Below are positions 13,715-26,802 of a stretch of 64,000 bases of DNA, piece by piece. The notes below the pieces were generated by a model. The model worked only from the letters and a program-made list of their open reading frames with translations, was not told where the DNA came from and made no database searches. Position 1 is the first letter of the stretch; every line of letters begins with the position of its first letter. Origin of the DNA: Eledone cirrhosa (taxonomy: Eukaryota); NCBI GenBank assembly GCA_964016885.1, contig OZ024751.1, positions 41,292,001 through 41,356,000 of the forward strand, read 5' to 3'. A program made the position numbers and the translations under genes.

Positions 13715-14470
13715 CTTTCCATAGGCTGGACAGGTCTTCCCCAATACTCCTCTCCTACTGAGCTCCTTTGTCATCTCCTCTGTAACATTCAGCAATATGA
13801 GATCAGCTCTCACCACTTCTGTCCAGGTTATCCTCTGTCTTCCTCTACCACAGCTTCCTTCCGCAGGAATGCTGCTCAGCATTTATTCACCCAGCAATCG
13901 TCATCATCATTGTTTTTAAGTCCATCTCTCCACGCTTGCATGGGTTGGACAGGTCCTTCTCAACATGGCATCTCTCTATTTATCGTGTTCCTTCATCATC
14001 TCATCAGTTTTTCACAACCGCTGCCCAGGTCGTTCTTGGTCTACCTCTACTGTAGCTTCCTTCCACTGAGATTTCCTGGCATTACTTTTTGGCAGTATAT
14101 GGTAGAGGGTCGGACGCCATGCTTTGACGCATAGAGTTACAACCCTTGCCATTCTGAGTTCAAATCTCGCCGAGGTTAACTTTGCCTTTCATTCTTACGG
14201 GGGTCGATAAAATAAAGTACCAGTAATGCAGCTGGCCTTGTGCCAAAAGTAGAAACAATTACTTTATCCAGCAATCATTATCCATATATATTACATGTGT
14301 ATACCAGCAGAATCCTCTCTCCTGATTCCGTGAATGCTGTTTCCTTCATGCTTCTGATGCACACTAACTAGTATTAAACATTCATCAAAGCCTGCTCAAT
14401 TTATTCCAGTCTTCTCACATTCTCAGCACTCACTGTCCATCTCTTAATACCATTAAAAATGGCTTTGTTG
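13715..14470 (-). mobile_element. Decayed RTE LINE 3' region interrupted by other repeats
   Basis: PAEGSCGRGRQRITWTEVVRADL and W..SAENVRRLE remnants with a GAT-repeat tail; a SINE A copy is inserted at 14088-14262. Confidence 0.6.
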
Positions 14471-14562
14471 AAAAGTGTGCAGAAATTCTACATAGAGTAA
14501 TCTATGAACATACAAGCAATGTATTACCAATTAATTAAGTAGTTCCTGAAACTGGTGTAGGC

Positions 14563-17500
14563 AGTCGTTGGGGTGTCACTGGTACAGCTAGTTGTTGGGG
14601 TGCCATTCTAGGTGTCACTGGTACAGCTAGTTGTTGGGGTGCCATTCTAGGTGTCACTGGTACAGCCAGTCATTGGGGTGCCATTCTAGGTGCCACTGGT
14701 ACAGCTAGTTGTTGGGGTGCCATTCCAGGTGCCACTGGTACAGCCAGTCATTGGGGTGCCATTCTAGGTGCCACTGGTACAGCCAGTCATTGGGGTGCCA
14801 TTCCAGGTGCCACTGGTACAGCCAGTCATTGGGGTGCCATTCCAGGTGCCACTGGTACAGCTAGTTGTTGGGGTGCCATTCTAGGTGCCACTGGTACAGC
14901 TAGTTGTTGGGGTGCCATTCTAGGTGCCACTGGTACAGCTAGTTATTGGGGTGCCATTCCAGGTGCCACTGGTACAGCCAGTCATTGGGGTGCCATTCTA
15001 GGTGCCACTGGTACAGCTAGTTGTTGGGGTGCCATTCTAGGTGTCACTGGTACAGCCAGTCATTGGGGTGCCATTCCAGGTGCCACTGGTACAGCTAGTT
15101 ATTGGGGTGCCATTCTAGGTGCCACTGGTACAGCTAGTTGTTGGGGTGCCATTCTAGGTGTCACTGGTACAGCCAGTCATTGGGGTGCCATTCCAGGTGC
15201 CACTGGTACAACCAGTCATTGGGGTGCCATTCTAGGTGCCACTGGTACAACCAGTCATTGGGGTGCCATTCTAGGTGCCACTGGTACAACCAGTCATTGG
15301 GGTGCCATTCTAGGTGCCACTGGTACAACCAGTCATTGGGGTGCCATTCTAGGTGCCACTGGTACAACCAGTCATTGGGGTGCCATTCTAGGTGCCACTG
15401 GTACAGCCAGTCATTGGGGTGCCATTCTAGGTCCTACTGGTACAACCAGTCATTGGGGTGCCATTCTAGGTGCCACTGGTACAGCCAGTCGTTGGGGTGC
15501 CATTCTAGGTCCTACTGGTACAGCCAGTCATTGGGGTGCCATTCTAGGTGCCACTGGTACAGCCAGTCATTGGGGTGCCATTCTAGGTGCCACTGGTACA
15601 GCCAGTCATTGGGGTGCCATTCTAGGTGCCACTGGTACAGCCAGTCATTGGGGTGCCATTCTAGGTGCCACTGGTACAGCCAGTCATTGGGGTGCCATTC
15701 TAGGTGCCACTGGTACAACCAGTCATTGGGGTGCCATTCTAGGTGCCACTGGTACAGCCAGTCATTGGGGTGCCATTCTAGGTCCTACTGGTACAACCAG
15801 TCATTGGGGTGCCATTCTAGGTGCCACTGGTACAGCCAGTCATTGGGGTGCCATTCTAGGTCCTACTGGTACAACCAGTCATTGGGGTGCCATTCTAGGT
15901 GCCACTGGTACAGCCAGTCGTTGGGGTGCCATTCTAGGTGCCACTGGTACAGCTAGTTATTGGGGTGCCATTCTAGGTGCCACTGGTACAGCTAGTTATT
16001 GGGGTGCCATTCTAGGTGCCACTGGTACAGCCAGTCGTTGGGGTGCCATTCTAGGTGGCACTGGTACAGCCAGTCATTGGGGTGCCATTCTAGGTGCCAC
16101 TGGTACAGCCAGTCATTGGGGTGCCATTCTAGGTGCCACTGGTACAGCCAGTCATTGGGGTGCCATTCTAGGTGCCACTGGTACAGCCAGTCATTGGGGT
16201 GCCATTCTAGGTGCCACTGGTACAGCTAGTTATTGGGGTGCCATTCCAGGTGCCACTGGTACAGCCAGTCATTGGGGTGCCATTCTAGGTGCCACTGGTA
16301 CAGCCAGTCGTTGGGGTGCCATTCTAGGTGCCACTGGTACAGCCAGTCATTGGGGTGCCATTCTAGGTGCCACTGGTACAGCCAGTCATTGGGGTGCCAT
16401 TCTAGGTCCTACTGGTACAGCCAGTCATTGGGGTGCCATTCTAGGTGCCACTGGTACAACCAGTCATTGGGGTGCCATTCTAGGTGCCACTGGTACAGCC
16501 AGTCATTGGGGTGCCATTCTAGGTCCTACTGGTACAGCCAGTCATTGGGGTGCCATTCTAGGTGCCACTGGTACAGCCAGTCATTGGGGTGCCATTCTAG
16601 GTGGCACTGGTACAGCCAGTCATTGGGGTGCCATTCTAGGTGCCACTGGTACAGCCAGTCATTGGGGTGCCATTCTAGGTGCCACTGGTACAGCCAGTCA
16701 TTGGGGTGCCATTCTAGGTGCCACTGGTACAGCTAGTCATTGGGGTGCCATTCTAGGTGCCACTGGTACAGCCAGTCATTGGGGTGCCATTCTAGGTGCC
16801 ACTGGTACAACCAGTCATTGGGGTGCCATTCTAGGTGCCACTGGTACAGCCAGTCATTGGGGTGCCATTCTAGGTGCCACTGGTACAGCCAGTCATTGGG
16901 GTGCCATTCTAGGTGCCACTGGTACAGCCAGTCATTGGGGTGCCATTCTAGGTGCCACTGGTACAGCCAGTCATTGGGGTGCCATTCTAGGTGCCACTGG
17001 TACAGCCAGTCATTGGGGTGCCATTCTAGGTGCCACTGGTACAGCCAGTCATTGGGGTGCCATTCTAGGTGCCACTGGTACAGCCAGTCATTGGGGTGCC
17101 ATTCTAGGTGCCACTGGTACAGCCAGTCATTGGGGTGCCATTCTAGGTGCCACTGGTACAGCCAGTCATTGGGGTGCCATTCTAGGTGCCACTGGTACAG
17201 CCAGTCATTGGGGTGCCATTCTAGGTGCCACTGGTACAGCCAGTTATTGGGGTGCCATTCCAGGTGCCACTGGTACAGCCAGTCATTGGGGTGCCATTCT
17301 AGGTGCCACTGGTACAGCCAGTCATTGGGGTGCCATCCTAGGTGCCACTGGTACAGCCAGTCATTGGGGTGCCATTCTAGGTGCCACTGGTACAACCAGT
17401 CATTGGGGTGCCATTCTAGGTGCCACTGGTACAGCCAGTCATTGGGGTGCCATTCTAGGTGCCACTGGTACAACCAGTCATTGGGGTGCCATTCTAGGTG

Positions 17501-17708
17501 CCACTGGTACAGCCAGTCATTGGGGTGCCATTCTAGGTGCCACTGGTACAACCAGTCATTGGGGTGCCATTCTAGGTGCCACTGGTACAGCCAGTCATTG
17601 GGGTGCCATTCTAGGTGCCACTGGTACAGCCAGTCATTGGGGTGCCATTCTAGGTGCCACTGGTACAGACAGTCATTGGGGTGCCATTCTAGGTGCCACT
17701 GGTACAGA
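14563..17708. repeat. 39-bp minisatellite, ~80 copies
   Basis: Unit GGTGCCACTGGTACAGCCAGTCATTGGGGTGCCATTCTA arranged head-to-tail with no unique spacers. Confidence 0.97.
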
Positions 17709-18350
17709 CACCGTGATCTAAGTATAATTAAACTGACTATTGAAGCTAATGTCTTTGCTTTTAATCTTGTAAAAGCTTATTTGAAAAAGACTTTTAGAGA
17801 AACCCTGTATTAGAAACCCTTTTAGAGAAACCCTATAGTTCTTCATACGAAGAACTATAGGGTTTCTCTATAGTGGTTGAAGATTTCTCAAAATGTTGTA
17901 CTTTCTTTGGTGTTCTTGCTGTCTGTTGCTGCTGTCATTGTTGTGATTGATATATGTGAGTTATAAACCTATGTGAAATATCTATACGCTAAAATAAACT
18001 CTGAGGATACCGATCTTAAACCAATCCCTGAAGGTTCTAGTATAAAATCATAAATAAATTTTATAAAAAAATTTTTTTAGTAAATTAAACATTTTTTTTT
18101 TTAATTTAAAAATTTTTTAATCTGTAATTAAACGACCCCTGGATGAAGTTTTGTCATCTGAAACACATGTTAGTTTGAAAATGCATTGATTCTTTGGTGT
18201 TTTTTATAAATAGGGTGTGAGTGTGAGTGTGTGTGTATATATATATATGTATATATATTAACACACATACATACATATATATATATATATAAATCAATAA
18301 ATTTTCAAAATGAGTTTAAAAAGATCGAGTGTAACATCCAACACAAAATA

Positions 18351-18430
18351 TTGGGTTGCAACATAAATTCCCGCCGTTGTTATAATTTGTTTGTTTTCAA
18401 AAAACGGCGGGAATTAATGTTACAACCTAA
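18351..18430. mobile_element. 80-bp mariner-type MITE (MADE1-like architecture)
   Basis: TIRs TTGGGTTGCAACATAAATTCCCGCCGTT / AACGGCGGGAATTAATGTTACAACCTAA, with TA on both flanks. Confidence 0.8.
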
Positions 18431-18536
18431 TATATGATGGAATTGTTAAAGGGATTTCAGTCTTAACTGTAATCAAAGTTGGAAAGAAGAGAGAATAAAA
18501 TAAAATAAAGCAAAAACTAGATAACTAAAGACTTAC

Positions 18537-18641
18537 TGAATCCTTGTGTGGCAATCTGAGCATCATCTATATTCATTTTATACTGGTTTCGCCTTGAGGT
18601 ATAATCTACCTTCATTGGATCCCAGTTCATCAGTTCTGTCT
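18537..18641 (-). CDS. Extended-Tudor protein, coding exon 8 (last identified)
   Basis: tttcag|...|gtaagt, phase 1->1; ETELMNWDPMKVDYTSRRNQYKMNIDDAQIATQGF. Confidence 0.8.
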
Positions 18642-19145
18642 CTGAAATGAAATAAGATAGAATAAGAAAGACAACTCTGTGTAAGTTATCAACATACCAA
18701 GTCCAGTTTGAGGAAGTGGAAGACTGGTATGTGCTTGCCTATTGGACATGGTTTTTTTTACCCCACCCCAAAAAAATCTTCCCTGCATCCAATACGCCCA
18801 TATCATTGATGGGAGACCGAATGGAGGATGGGGATAGTCATGGTTAAAAAAAATTAGTTTGTATTACTAATACAGTAATACTATATAATTCTTATAAGCA
18901 AAATGATGTCAGACTTATATAAGAGTTTCTGAGAAAACAATGGAATAATTTTCAATAAATTTAAAAAGAAATGTACTAAAATTCTTTTCTTCTCAAAATG
19001 TTTTTGTAAACTCAGGGGGGGGGGGGGTCTTATACGAAGGGGCGTCAATAGGCCAACAAATACAGTATCTTATACACCATGTTATTAGATGTATCTTATA
19101 TAACGTGGTATTTGGAGAACTGTGTGGCAAATTGGTAGAGTCATA

Positions 19146-19520
19146 TGAAGGTGCATGGCTTAGTGGCTTGCAATCAAAAGGTTGTGAGTTCAATTCTCAG
19201 ACCGGGTGATGTGTTGTTTCCTTGAGCAAGACACTTTATTTCACATTGTTCCAGTTTACTCAGCTGTAAAAATGAGATGATAGGGACTGGGGTCCCTATC
19301 ATTCCACTGCAGTGGTTGTGGAGGTGCCACGGCAAAAAAGCACCCAGCCCACACTGTAAATGAGGTTGGTGTTAGGAAGGGCATCCAGCTGTAGAAATGT
19401 AGCCAAAATCAGTTCCCGTATGAGCAAGACAAGGTCAGCCGATCGGTCACTGCCCACAACGGGACAACCCGTATAACCCATGCTAGTGTGGAAGAACGGA
19501 CGTAAAAGGGTGATGATGAT
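19146..19520 (+). mobile_element. tRNA-derived SINE family B (CORE-like body, RTE-derived 3' part)
   Basis: tRNA-like head, TCCTTGAGCAAGACACTT core, GTTGGTGTTAGGAAGGGCATCC motif and (GAT)n tail. Other copies at 13153-13410(-), 24566-24875(-), 29003-29288(+), 35541-35880(-), 55718-56080(-); a related head at 54961-55220(+). Confidence 0.85.
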
Positions 19521-20200
19521 TAGAACATCAGATAAAATACTGTGTGATATTTGTTCAGGCTCTCTGAGTTAAAATCCTGCCAAGGTCAACTTTAATCTTT
19601 TCATCCATTTGAGGTTGATAAATAAAGTACCAGTCCTGTACTGGGGATAATTCTTCCTCCGTTATCTCTCTCTCTGGAAGATATCAGCTGGCGGGATGGG
19701 CTCCACAAAGTTTGAAATACTTAAGAGAAGCCTTGTATAAGAACAGCACCCTCTCATGGCAGATGTGTGGTTAATGACTGTCACAGCCAACCGGCATATG
19801 GCAGATGTATGGTTTGATTCCTGCAGGCATCTCTTTTCAATCTACAAGTGTAATTTACCTGAATTATTCAACCATTTTATAGTTAATATATGAGCTGTAT
19901 CCTATTTCCGTTGGATCTGTTCAGGTCCTGGTAGTTAAGTGTGTGGTTTACTTCAATGTGTGTCTGTATTCTGGGTCAGATTTGTTGGGGTTTAGGTTGT
20001 ACTGATTATGTGTGAGGTCAATGCCAATTACGTAATGGGGTAGCAGTCACTGCAGAGTAATACAGAAACTAGATAATATGACAGCTGCAGTAAGTGTATG
20101 TGTCTGTGTGTGTGTGCATGTGCTTGAATGCATGCAAGCATATAACCATCAGCATATTCCTTGCTATTGCCAAGCAACAAAACAATATTTGGTTCCTTAC

Positions 20201-20346
20201 CTGCAGATTTTTCTGTGAGTGTTGCATGGTTCAGTCGAACCAATTCACTGTTGATACAAATTCCTGTACCACTGGTCATCTCAGCTTCACCATCATTCCA
20301 AGCTGCAATAATAACTTGCAATGGTGGCCTGAAATACTCTGAAAGA
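20201..20346 (-). CDS. Extended-Tudor protein, coding exon 7
   Basis: tgcag|...|gtaagg, phase 2->1; SLSEYFRPPLQVIIAAW...GICINSELVRLNHATLTEKSA (SN-like C-terminal helix INxxLVxxxxA). Confidence 0.85.
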
Positions 20347-21285
20347 CTGCAGCAAGAAAAACAAAAATACTCTAGACATTAAGAGTTTAAAACAACAAGC
20401 ATATATTAGCAACGACACTAACATGGCATGATTCATAACAGAGGTGTATATGAAGACATATATAATATCATCATTATCATTTAATGACCTCTTTCTCTGC
20501 TAGCAAGGGTTGGACAGATCTACTTAGACCAAGTCAGTACTCAAGTGAAGCTACCGATTCCCCAGACAGGCCGAGAGATCTGCATCCCACTTATGTACAC
20601 TCGGAATTTAGAGCAGAAGTTGTGTCTTTTGACACAAACTGTAGGGTCCTTGTAACCCCTTGTTTGGCAAGCTTTCTATGGATGGATGATATGTTTATGT
20701 ATAATTCATTCTAACATTGGCATAAGGCCAGCAATGTAGAGTAAGGGGAAAGTCAGTTATATAGATCTTAGCAGGTACTTTATTTTATCGACCCTGGTAG
20801 GATGAAAGGCAAAGTTAACCTCAGAGGGATTTGAACTCAGAACGTAGAAAGTCATAATTAAACACCTCAAAGTATTTTGTCAAATACTCCAGGTTGAGCC
20901 GCCACTTCTCCAAATTGAGAGATCAGAGCTCCGATACTATGGGCAGGTGGTTAGAATGTCTCAGGAAAGAATCGCTGGACAGATTTTACGGGCAAAACCA
21001 ACCAGCAGGAGATCCATGAGTAGATCTCAAGCAAGATGGTTGGTTAACATCCATGAACTTGGCTGGTCTTGTTTGGAGACAGTTGCTTCTGACAGGCCCC
21101 GCTGGAAGGAGTATTTGAGGACACTGTCCCTTGACTCTCTCAGGAATAATTGGATGAAGAAAAAGAGTTTTTATGTGAGAAACCAACTCTCTCTCTCTAA
21201 TGGTGAAGATTTATAAAAATGAACTGATCCGATCCGATCCATCTTTGAAATATAAATTGTAGTATGAAGTGGTTAATTCATTTAC

Positions 21286-22520
21286 CTAAATGAAGTTGAT
21301 GGCAGGTTTCCAGACAAAACCTCCATGATATAAAAATCTTTCAAGTTGATATTTTTCTTAAATGCCTTCTTTGTCTTTTCTGGCCAAATATATGTATCCC
21401 CGGAGTGTGGTTTTTGACCAACAGGACATATTCTTGCCAATGCACAGTGCACTGCTAATGCCGGAAACTTCTTATAAGTATTGTTCAAGGGATAAATGTG
21501 TTTTCTTAAAATCCAGGCAATATATCCATAATCAATATAAAAGACTTTAACAGAAACTTTACTTGGTTTTTGAGAAGATCTAAAATCAATAATAATGCCT
21601 CGATGGTAAGACTGATCAGTTTTATCATAGCAGCAACATAGAGAATTTATCTCAATTTTAAAACTCTGGGCGCGTTCTAAGAGTTCTGTTGGTGTTAGGT
21701 TCAAGAATTGTTCATTAAGAGTTTGGACAAGATCCGCAAGTCTCTCTATAGTTTCAGAGTTTATTAAATGAATATAAAAATCAGAAGGAGTTGAAACATT
21801 AGAAAATAGAATTTCATAAACTTTCTTATTTTCTTTAAGAAGCTGTTCACTAGATCCACCCTCTAATAAATTATCTTTATCATCACAAGAAAGTGTTGAG
21901 GAGTTTGAAATGAGAGATTTTTTAGGACTTGCTGTGGAGTTGTATTTTTCAGGTTCTGTTTGAGATTTTGACATTTCAAGACATATTTCATCCTTGCATT
22001 TTTCAGGTCTTGTTTCAGTAAAGGAAAGTTCACACTTATCAACAGTTAAGTATTCCTCTTCTGCAAGCTCTTCAGAATGTTCATAAATTGTAGAACAACT
22101 TGACTCCTTTGTAAACATGCTCCCCACCTGTCGGGGAGCTGTGCTTTCATCAATATGTTGTTGTCTTGCCGTGAAATTATAGTTCTTGTGAACATTCACA
22201 GGAACACTAGCTTCACTAGTTTCTACCAAAGGCTGTTGGCTGAATAGGACCCAGGTCTTCAGAATTTTACATATTAAATTAACTTGTTCATAAATGGGGA
22301 TATATATGGCACAATTTTTAGAAATTAGCTGTAAACTGATGCTATACAGCTGCAAAGAGGATACACTGGGGAAATTGATTGGATACAAATGGACTAAATG
22401 TGGGAACCCATCTGTACAAGAAATTTTAGGAATACAAAGTAGATCTGAATAAGATACCAATTTCTGGAAAATATCTGTTACATTTGCTTGCCAATCATTT
22501 ATATTATCAACAGGAACAAT
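21286..22520 (-). CDS. Extended-Tudor protein, coding exon 6 (end of eTudor 1, linker, eTudor 2)
   Basis: ttgcag|...|gtaaat, phase 0->2; SNVSTPSDFYIHL...CCCYDKTDQSYHRGII...VKVFYIDYGY...LNNTYKKFPALAVHCALARICP...WPE. Confidence 0.92.
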
Positions 22521-23249
22521 CTGCAATAAAAAGGAAATAATATATAAATATATATATAAACAATGTTGTCTCTGACTCAGATGAAGCGAGAGTGTATTTG
22601 ATCGAATACATATAAAGATGAAAAAACTCATCACTAGAACAGTCATCAAAACAGCTAAATGCTGTCAAAGACAGCGATGGGCAAAAATGCCTCTGGCTGC
22701 TGGTCTCTGATGATGATGATGACTTCATATCAGGAATTTCAAACTACAGGCAACAGACAGAATAAAAGAAAAACTTACATAGTATTTTTTTAAATAAAAA
22801 CTATGGACTTTCTATCAGCATTGAAACAAATATCTCTACTGTGAATGAATTTTCTAAATATAACACTTAATCTTCCCAACTCATTGCATTAACTGTTTTG
22901 TAAAACCAAACAAAACATTAAGTTATATCCACAAACATGCGAACAACCAGAAAAAGTATCATCAATAGTTTAGTTAAAAACACTTCACATAACAAGCCTT
23001 AAGTGTTAAGGGGCTTTGGGGGTTTAAGCCTCTCAAATAAGTAACAAGTGCAAATAAACAATAGAAAGCGAGCTATTGCTATTTTAGTATGATATTGGTG
23101 ATTAAGCATGAGCTAATAATAATAATATACATGTACAGTATATATATACTTAAGCCATTCCGATCCCTAGACTGTAGCAGAATCTATGATAGATCCTCAA
23201 AGCTCTCAGTTAACAAGGAAAACTTTCACAGAAATCTACATACTACAAT

Positions 23250-23870
23250 GAAGCCCTATTGAGAAGTGGATTTACAACAAAAACACAATACATAAAAAAA
23301 ACTACTTATGCAAGTCAATAATAGAATGAGAAATAAGAATAGGGATAGAAATATTAGCTATTTTAAGCTATCTTGTAACCTTGTTGTAGTTACTCAAGTA
23401 GTTAAAATCTTCTTTAAACTAATTAGGAAACACTTCACACTATAATATAGGTACTATTAAATTTCCAAGAAAAAATACAATTAAATTCTATTATTTCAGC
23501 ACTTTAAACTTCAGACAAATCCAAGCGTCTCCTAACCTCTAACTTGTAACAACTGATTCAACCTGATTATATGTCCACTTAATTCTAAATGCTTGGCTAA
23601 AAATATAGTTTTAAAATACTCTAAGTGACACACAACAATCATCCAAAGCATATGTAAGCCTAATCTGCAATGCAAAATCACACATTTGAAAGCCACTTAG
23701 AAGAAATGATGCAACAATAACTAGTTATCTCTGGGACTTGAAAAGAACAAGGAATATTCTATACTATACAACTTACAATGAAGTGTTCACAGTTTGAACA
23801 CAAGCATCATACAATTTGCCCTTCACTTTGAAAAAGAGAGAAGCTTTTTGTTGTCAGCAGAGATGACAGC
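23250..23870 (+). pseudogene. Decayed Penelope-like element (PLE) GIY-YIG endonuclease region
   Basis: CPLNSKCLAKNIV (from 23572) and SYLWDLK (~23723) match the PLE CPL.G.CL...IVY...LS.YIW.LK pattern; frameshifted; boundaries approximate. Confidence 0.6.
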
Positions 23871-24512
23871 TCTTTGAATTTCTACCCCATTCCCACTCTG
23901 GTTACAACACTTTTGATACATCAACCGCCATTGCTAAAAGCTACCTATTACTTCTACAGAATCTTATGAACATTTCAGGAAGTTTATTTCATAAGTAACT
24001 TTATAATTTGTGGAGTGTCAGTTGGAGAAAATGTGTCATCTACAGTTCATGTCAGAAGAATGGTGAATAGGCAAGGTTACATAACAAGTTTCAAGGCCTC
24101 AAGGACATGATGAGACAGAGTAGGAAACCTCTCTAACCATATACATCTCACTATCTAACTGTCTCAGCCACCCCCATATCTATCTGAACCACCACCACCT
24201 TATCTGTCTGAGCCCCCCCCCCCCCCCCCCGCCTGTCTCAGCCACCACCACCTCTACTAATTGTTGGTGATGTCATATATATTTTACTACTTGTTTTAGA
24301 ATAGTATATCGCTTTAACCCATATCATAGATATTTCACTGACTCTCTGTCTCAACCAACCCTTCATTGACAGTTGGTGATATCTGATACATCACCCCCAC
24401 CTCTTTCAGTCAACACCACTGCCCCTCTCTTAACCATGCTAGACACATCACACAATCTGTCTCAGCCAAGTGCCCTTTCACCCTGCACCTTACTGATAAT
24501 GATATACCTATG

Positions 24513-24568
<56 letters not shown>

Positions 24569-24873
24569 TCATCATCATCATCATCATTTTACGTCCACTT
24601 TTCCCTGCTTACAAGAGTGGGACGAGAAATGATTCTGGCTTGATTTCTACACCAACCTCATTTACAGTGAGTGCTGGGTGCTTTTTTGTCGTGGCACCTC
24701 CATGACCACTTTGCAGTGGAATGATAGGGACCCCAGTCCCTATCATCTCATTTCTACAGCTGAGTAAACTGGAGCAATATGAAATAAAGTGTCTTGCTCA
24801 AGGAAACAACGCATCACCCAGTCTGAGAATTTCGATTGCAAGGCCAATGCTCTAACCACTAAGCCATGTGCCT

Positions 24874-24933
<60 letters not shown>

Positions 24934-24981
24934 TATATAAAAAATAAACAAAGAAGCCTTTAATTTAACAAAAATCTTTAT

Positions 24982-25026
24982 TTGCTGACAATGTTTCGTC
25001 CCATTAATAAGGACTCATCAGAGCAA
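24982..25026 (-). ncRNA. Minimal Type I hammerhead ribozyme, intact core
   Basis: Minus strand: UUGCU-CUGAUGA-GUCCU(uauuaau)GGGAC-GAAA-C(auu)G-UC^AGCAA; stems I, II and III all pair; GUC cleavage triplet; AAUAAA overlaps the end of stem I. Confidence 0.85.
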
Positions 25027-25718
25027 GGAAAAGACAAGAAATATCATCGGCCAGAACAAGCCAAAACTCGGAAGAACAGCTAATGGATATTTATGAAAAT
25101 TTGGGAAAATTATCATGGAAAGATATGCTAAATCTAATAGGGTGCATTTGTAAATAAAGACTATAGGGCAAGAGAGCAGGCAAGACATTAAACAAACCCA
25201 CATTAAAAGTACAATATAAGTTTAATACTAGAAATACAACATGGTAATACAATGTGAGAATTATAATATAATATACAATACAATACAATAGATAATACAG
25301 AAATAAAACTTAATATATATATATATATATATACATCCACACTCACTCTGACACATATATATACACATTTACACATACACATAATAACACAAATATAAAT
25401 ATAAGCATTATAATAGAATAATCACCCTGACAGTGTGATTAAACAATACCAAAATCAATGAAAATAATATATTGACATTAAAAAATATATAAAAATTCAT
25501 CCTACGTATCATGTAAAGTCAACTAAATGTGTATAAAACTATAATGTATTTCACAGGGTAAAAAATAATAATAATACCATATAATAATAAAAAGTCTGGT
25601 GGAAAAATATATATTGAAAGTTCACTGGATAGTCTATCTATAGTCATTATCCAGTGAACTTTCAACCGTCAAGGTTGTTTTTTCCACGGTTATGTCAATA
25701 TTTATAAAACAAATCTTG

Positions 25719-25783
25719 TATTTTATCTGATGAAAGCGCACCAAGAATGCCTTGGTTGTCCTTGAAATATATATAATAAAATA
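25719..25783 (+). ncRNA. Minimal Type I hammerhead ribozyme, intact core
   Basis: UAUUUUAU-CUGAUGA-AAG..ACCAAG(aaugc)CUUGGU..CUU-GAAA-U(auau)A-UA^AUAAAAUA; 8-bp stem I, palindromic stem III, overlapping AATAAA. Confidence 0.82.
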
Positions 25784-26115
25784 ATTATGGTTTTATAAAT
25801 ATAGTTTCCATTTATTAATATATTGAATTACATTTATACATATATATATAGGGAGACACAAAGCAGGCTTTGTTTACAACAGCTAGCGAATTTGAAAATT
25901 AGGTAGTAACGTGCTTTTGCCGTATTTGACTAGATAGAATTAGTGTTAGTTGAAATATGTATGTATGTTTGAAATAACTAAGTAGCAGTTGTTTTGATCA
26001 TTCCAACAATTGGTTGAATTTGTACAAATAAAATTTTAAAAATCAACATTAGTAAAAAAAGAATCTTGTTAGGTAATGTTTGTTATAAAATATAGATTGT
26101 TTTAGAAAAACTTAC

Positions 26116-26255
26116 ATTTGCTAAAGAACAACAGATTGCTTGACGAGACAGTTGGCTTAAAGAATGAGGCATTTCTTGTAGAATGACACTTGACAAATCA
26201 TCAGTATTGCCATAGTCAACATAGAGAACATTTGTTTTGATTGATGCATTGGAAT
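26116..26255 (-). CDS. Extended-Tudor protein, coding exon 5
   Basis: ttctag|...|gtaagt, phase 1->0; DSNASIKTNVLYVDYGNTDDLSSVILQEMPHSLSQLSRQAICCSLAN. Confidence 0.92.
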
Positions 26256-26363
26256 CTAGAAAAGATAAGGGAACAATTTAAATGTTAACCATTTCGTTAA
26301 CATATTTCTAATGAAAGACACTGCCTGTAATTTTGAAAATAATCAAGAATTTGGAAGGGTTTA

Positions 26364-26520
26364 TTAACCCTTTAGCATTTACTCTATATAAGATTTTGAT
26401 ATTATTTATTTAGAGACAATACCTTAAACTCAGTACGAGGCGCCAATTATGGCCAGTTTGAAAAGAAAGAGGTGAGAGAATTCTGGCCGGATACTGCCGG
26501 TTTAAATGCTAAAGGGTTAA
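26364..26520. mobile_element. piggyBac-type MITE (TTAA CCCTTTAGCATTTA ... TAAATGCTAAAGGG TTAA)
   Basis: 14-bp TIR and TTAA target duplication; copies at 42386-42609, 45715-45942, 40053-40710 (interrupted by an RTE 3' end) and ~60620-60827. Confidence 0.85.
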
Positions 26521-26802
26521 CATAACTAACTTTCTCATTATTATGCTGATGTTTGGAACATATTAACAAAGGTTCTTACATAAAATTATGATGGAAAGTT
26601 TTTAGATAAACATAAACACTTTAAAGCAGGGTTTCCCAATCTGGACGATGAGCAACTGAACAGAGAAATAGTGGACGATGAGAAATTTTGGTGGACGACA
26701 CAGGATTTTGTGTATTAAGAAGGTATTTCAACATATGCTACCCCAAAAAGATATTCAAAGGAGATATGCAAAGAACCTGTAAGTAAAGAGAGAGTAACTT
26801 AC

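Noticed and set aside
14563-17813. CRISPR-like array or repetitive Cys/His/Trp-rich protein (LGCHSRCHWYSQS)n
   Set aside because: No unique spacers, no cas genes, eukaryotic context. The ORFs arise from a 39-bp (3n) unit, have no true ATG and are broken by stops.
17995-18176. Possible hammerhead (AAACU-CUGAGGA ... GAAACACAUGUU-AGUUU)
   Set aside because: Stems I and III are plausible, but the ~150-nt intervening region gives no stem II closure; at best a heavily decayed copy.
22560-22744. Possible extra Tudor exon (FEIPDMKSSSSSETSSQRHF...)
   Set aside because: There is a phase-0 acceptor but no phase-compatible GT donor; exons 5 and 6 already join in frame.
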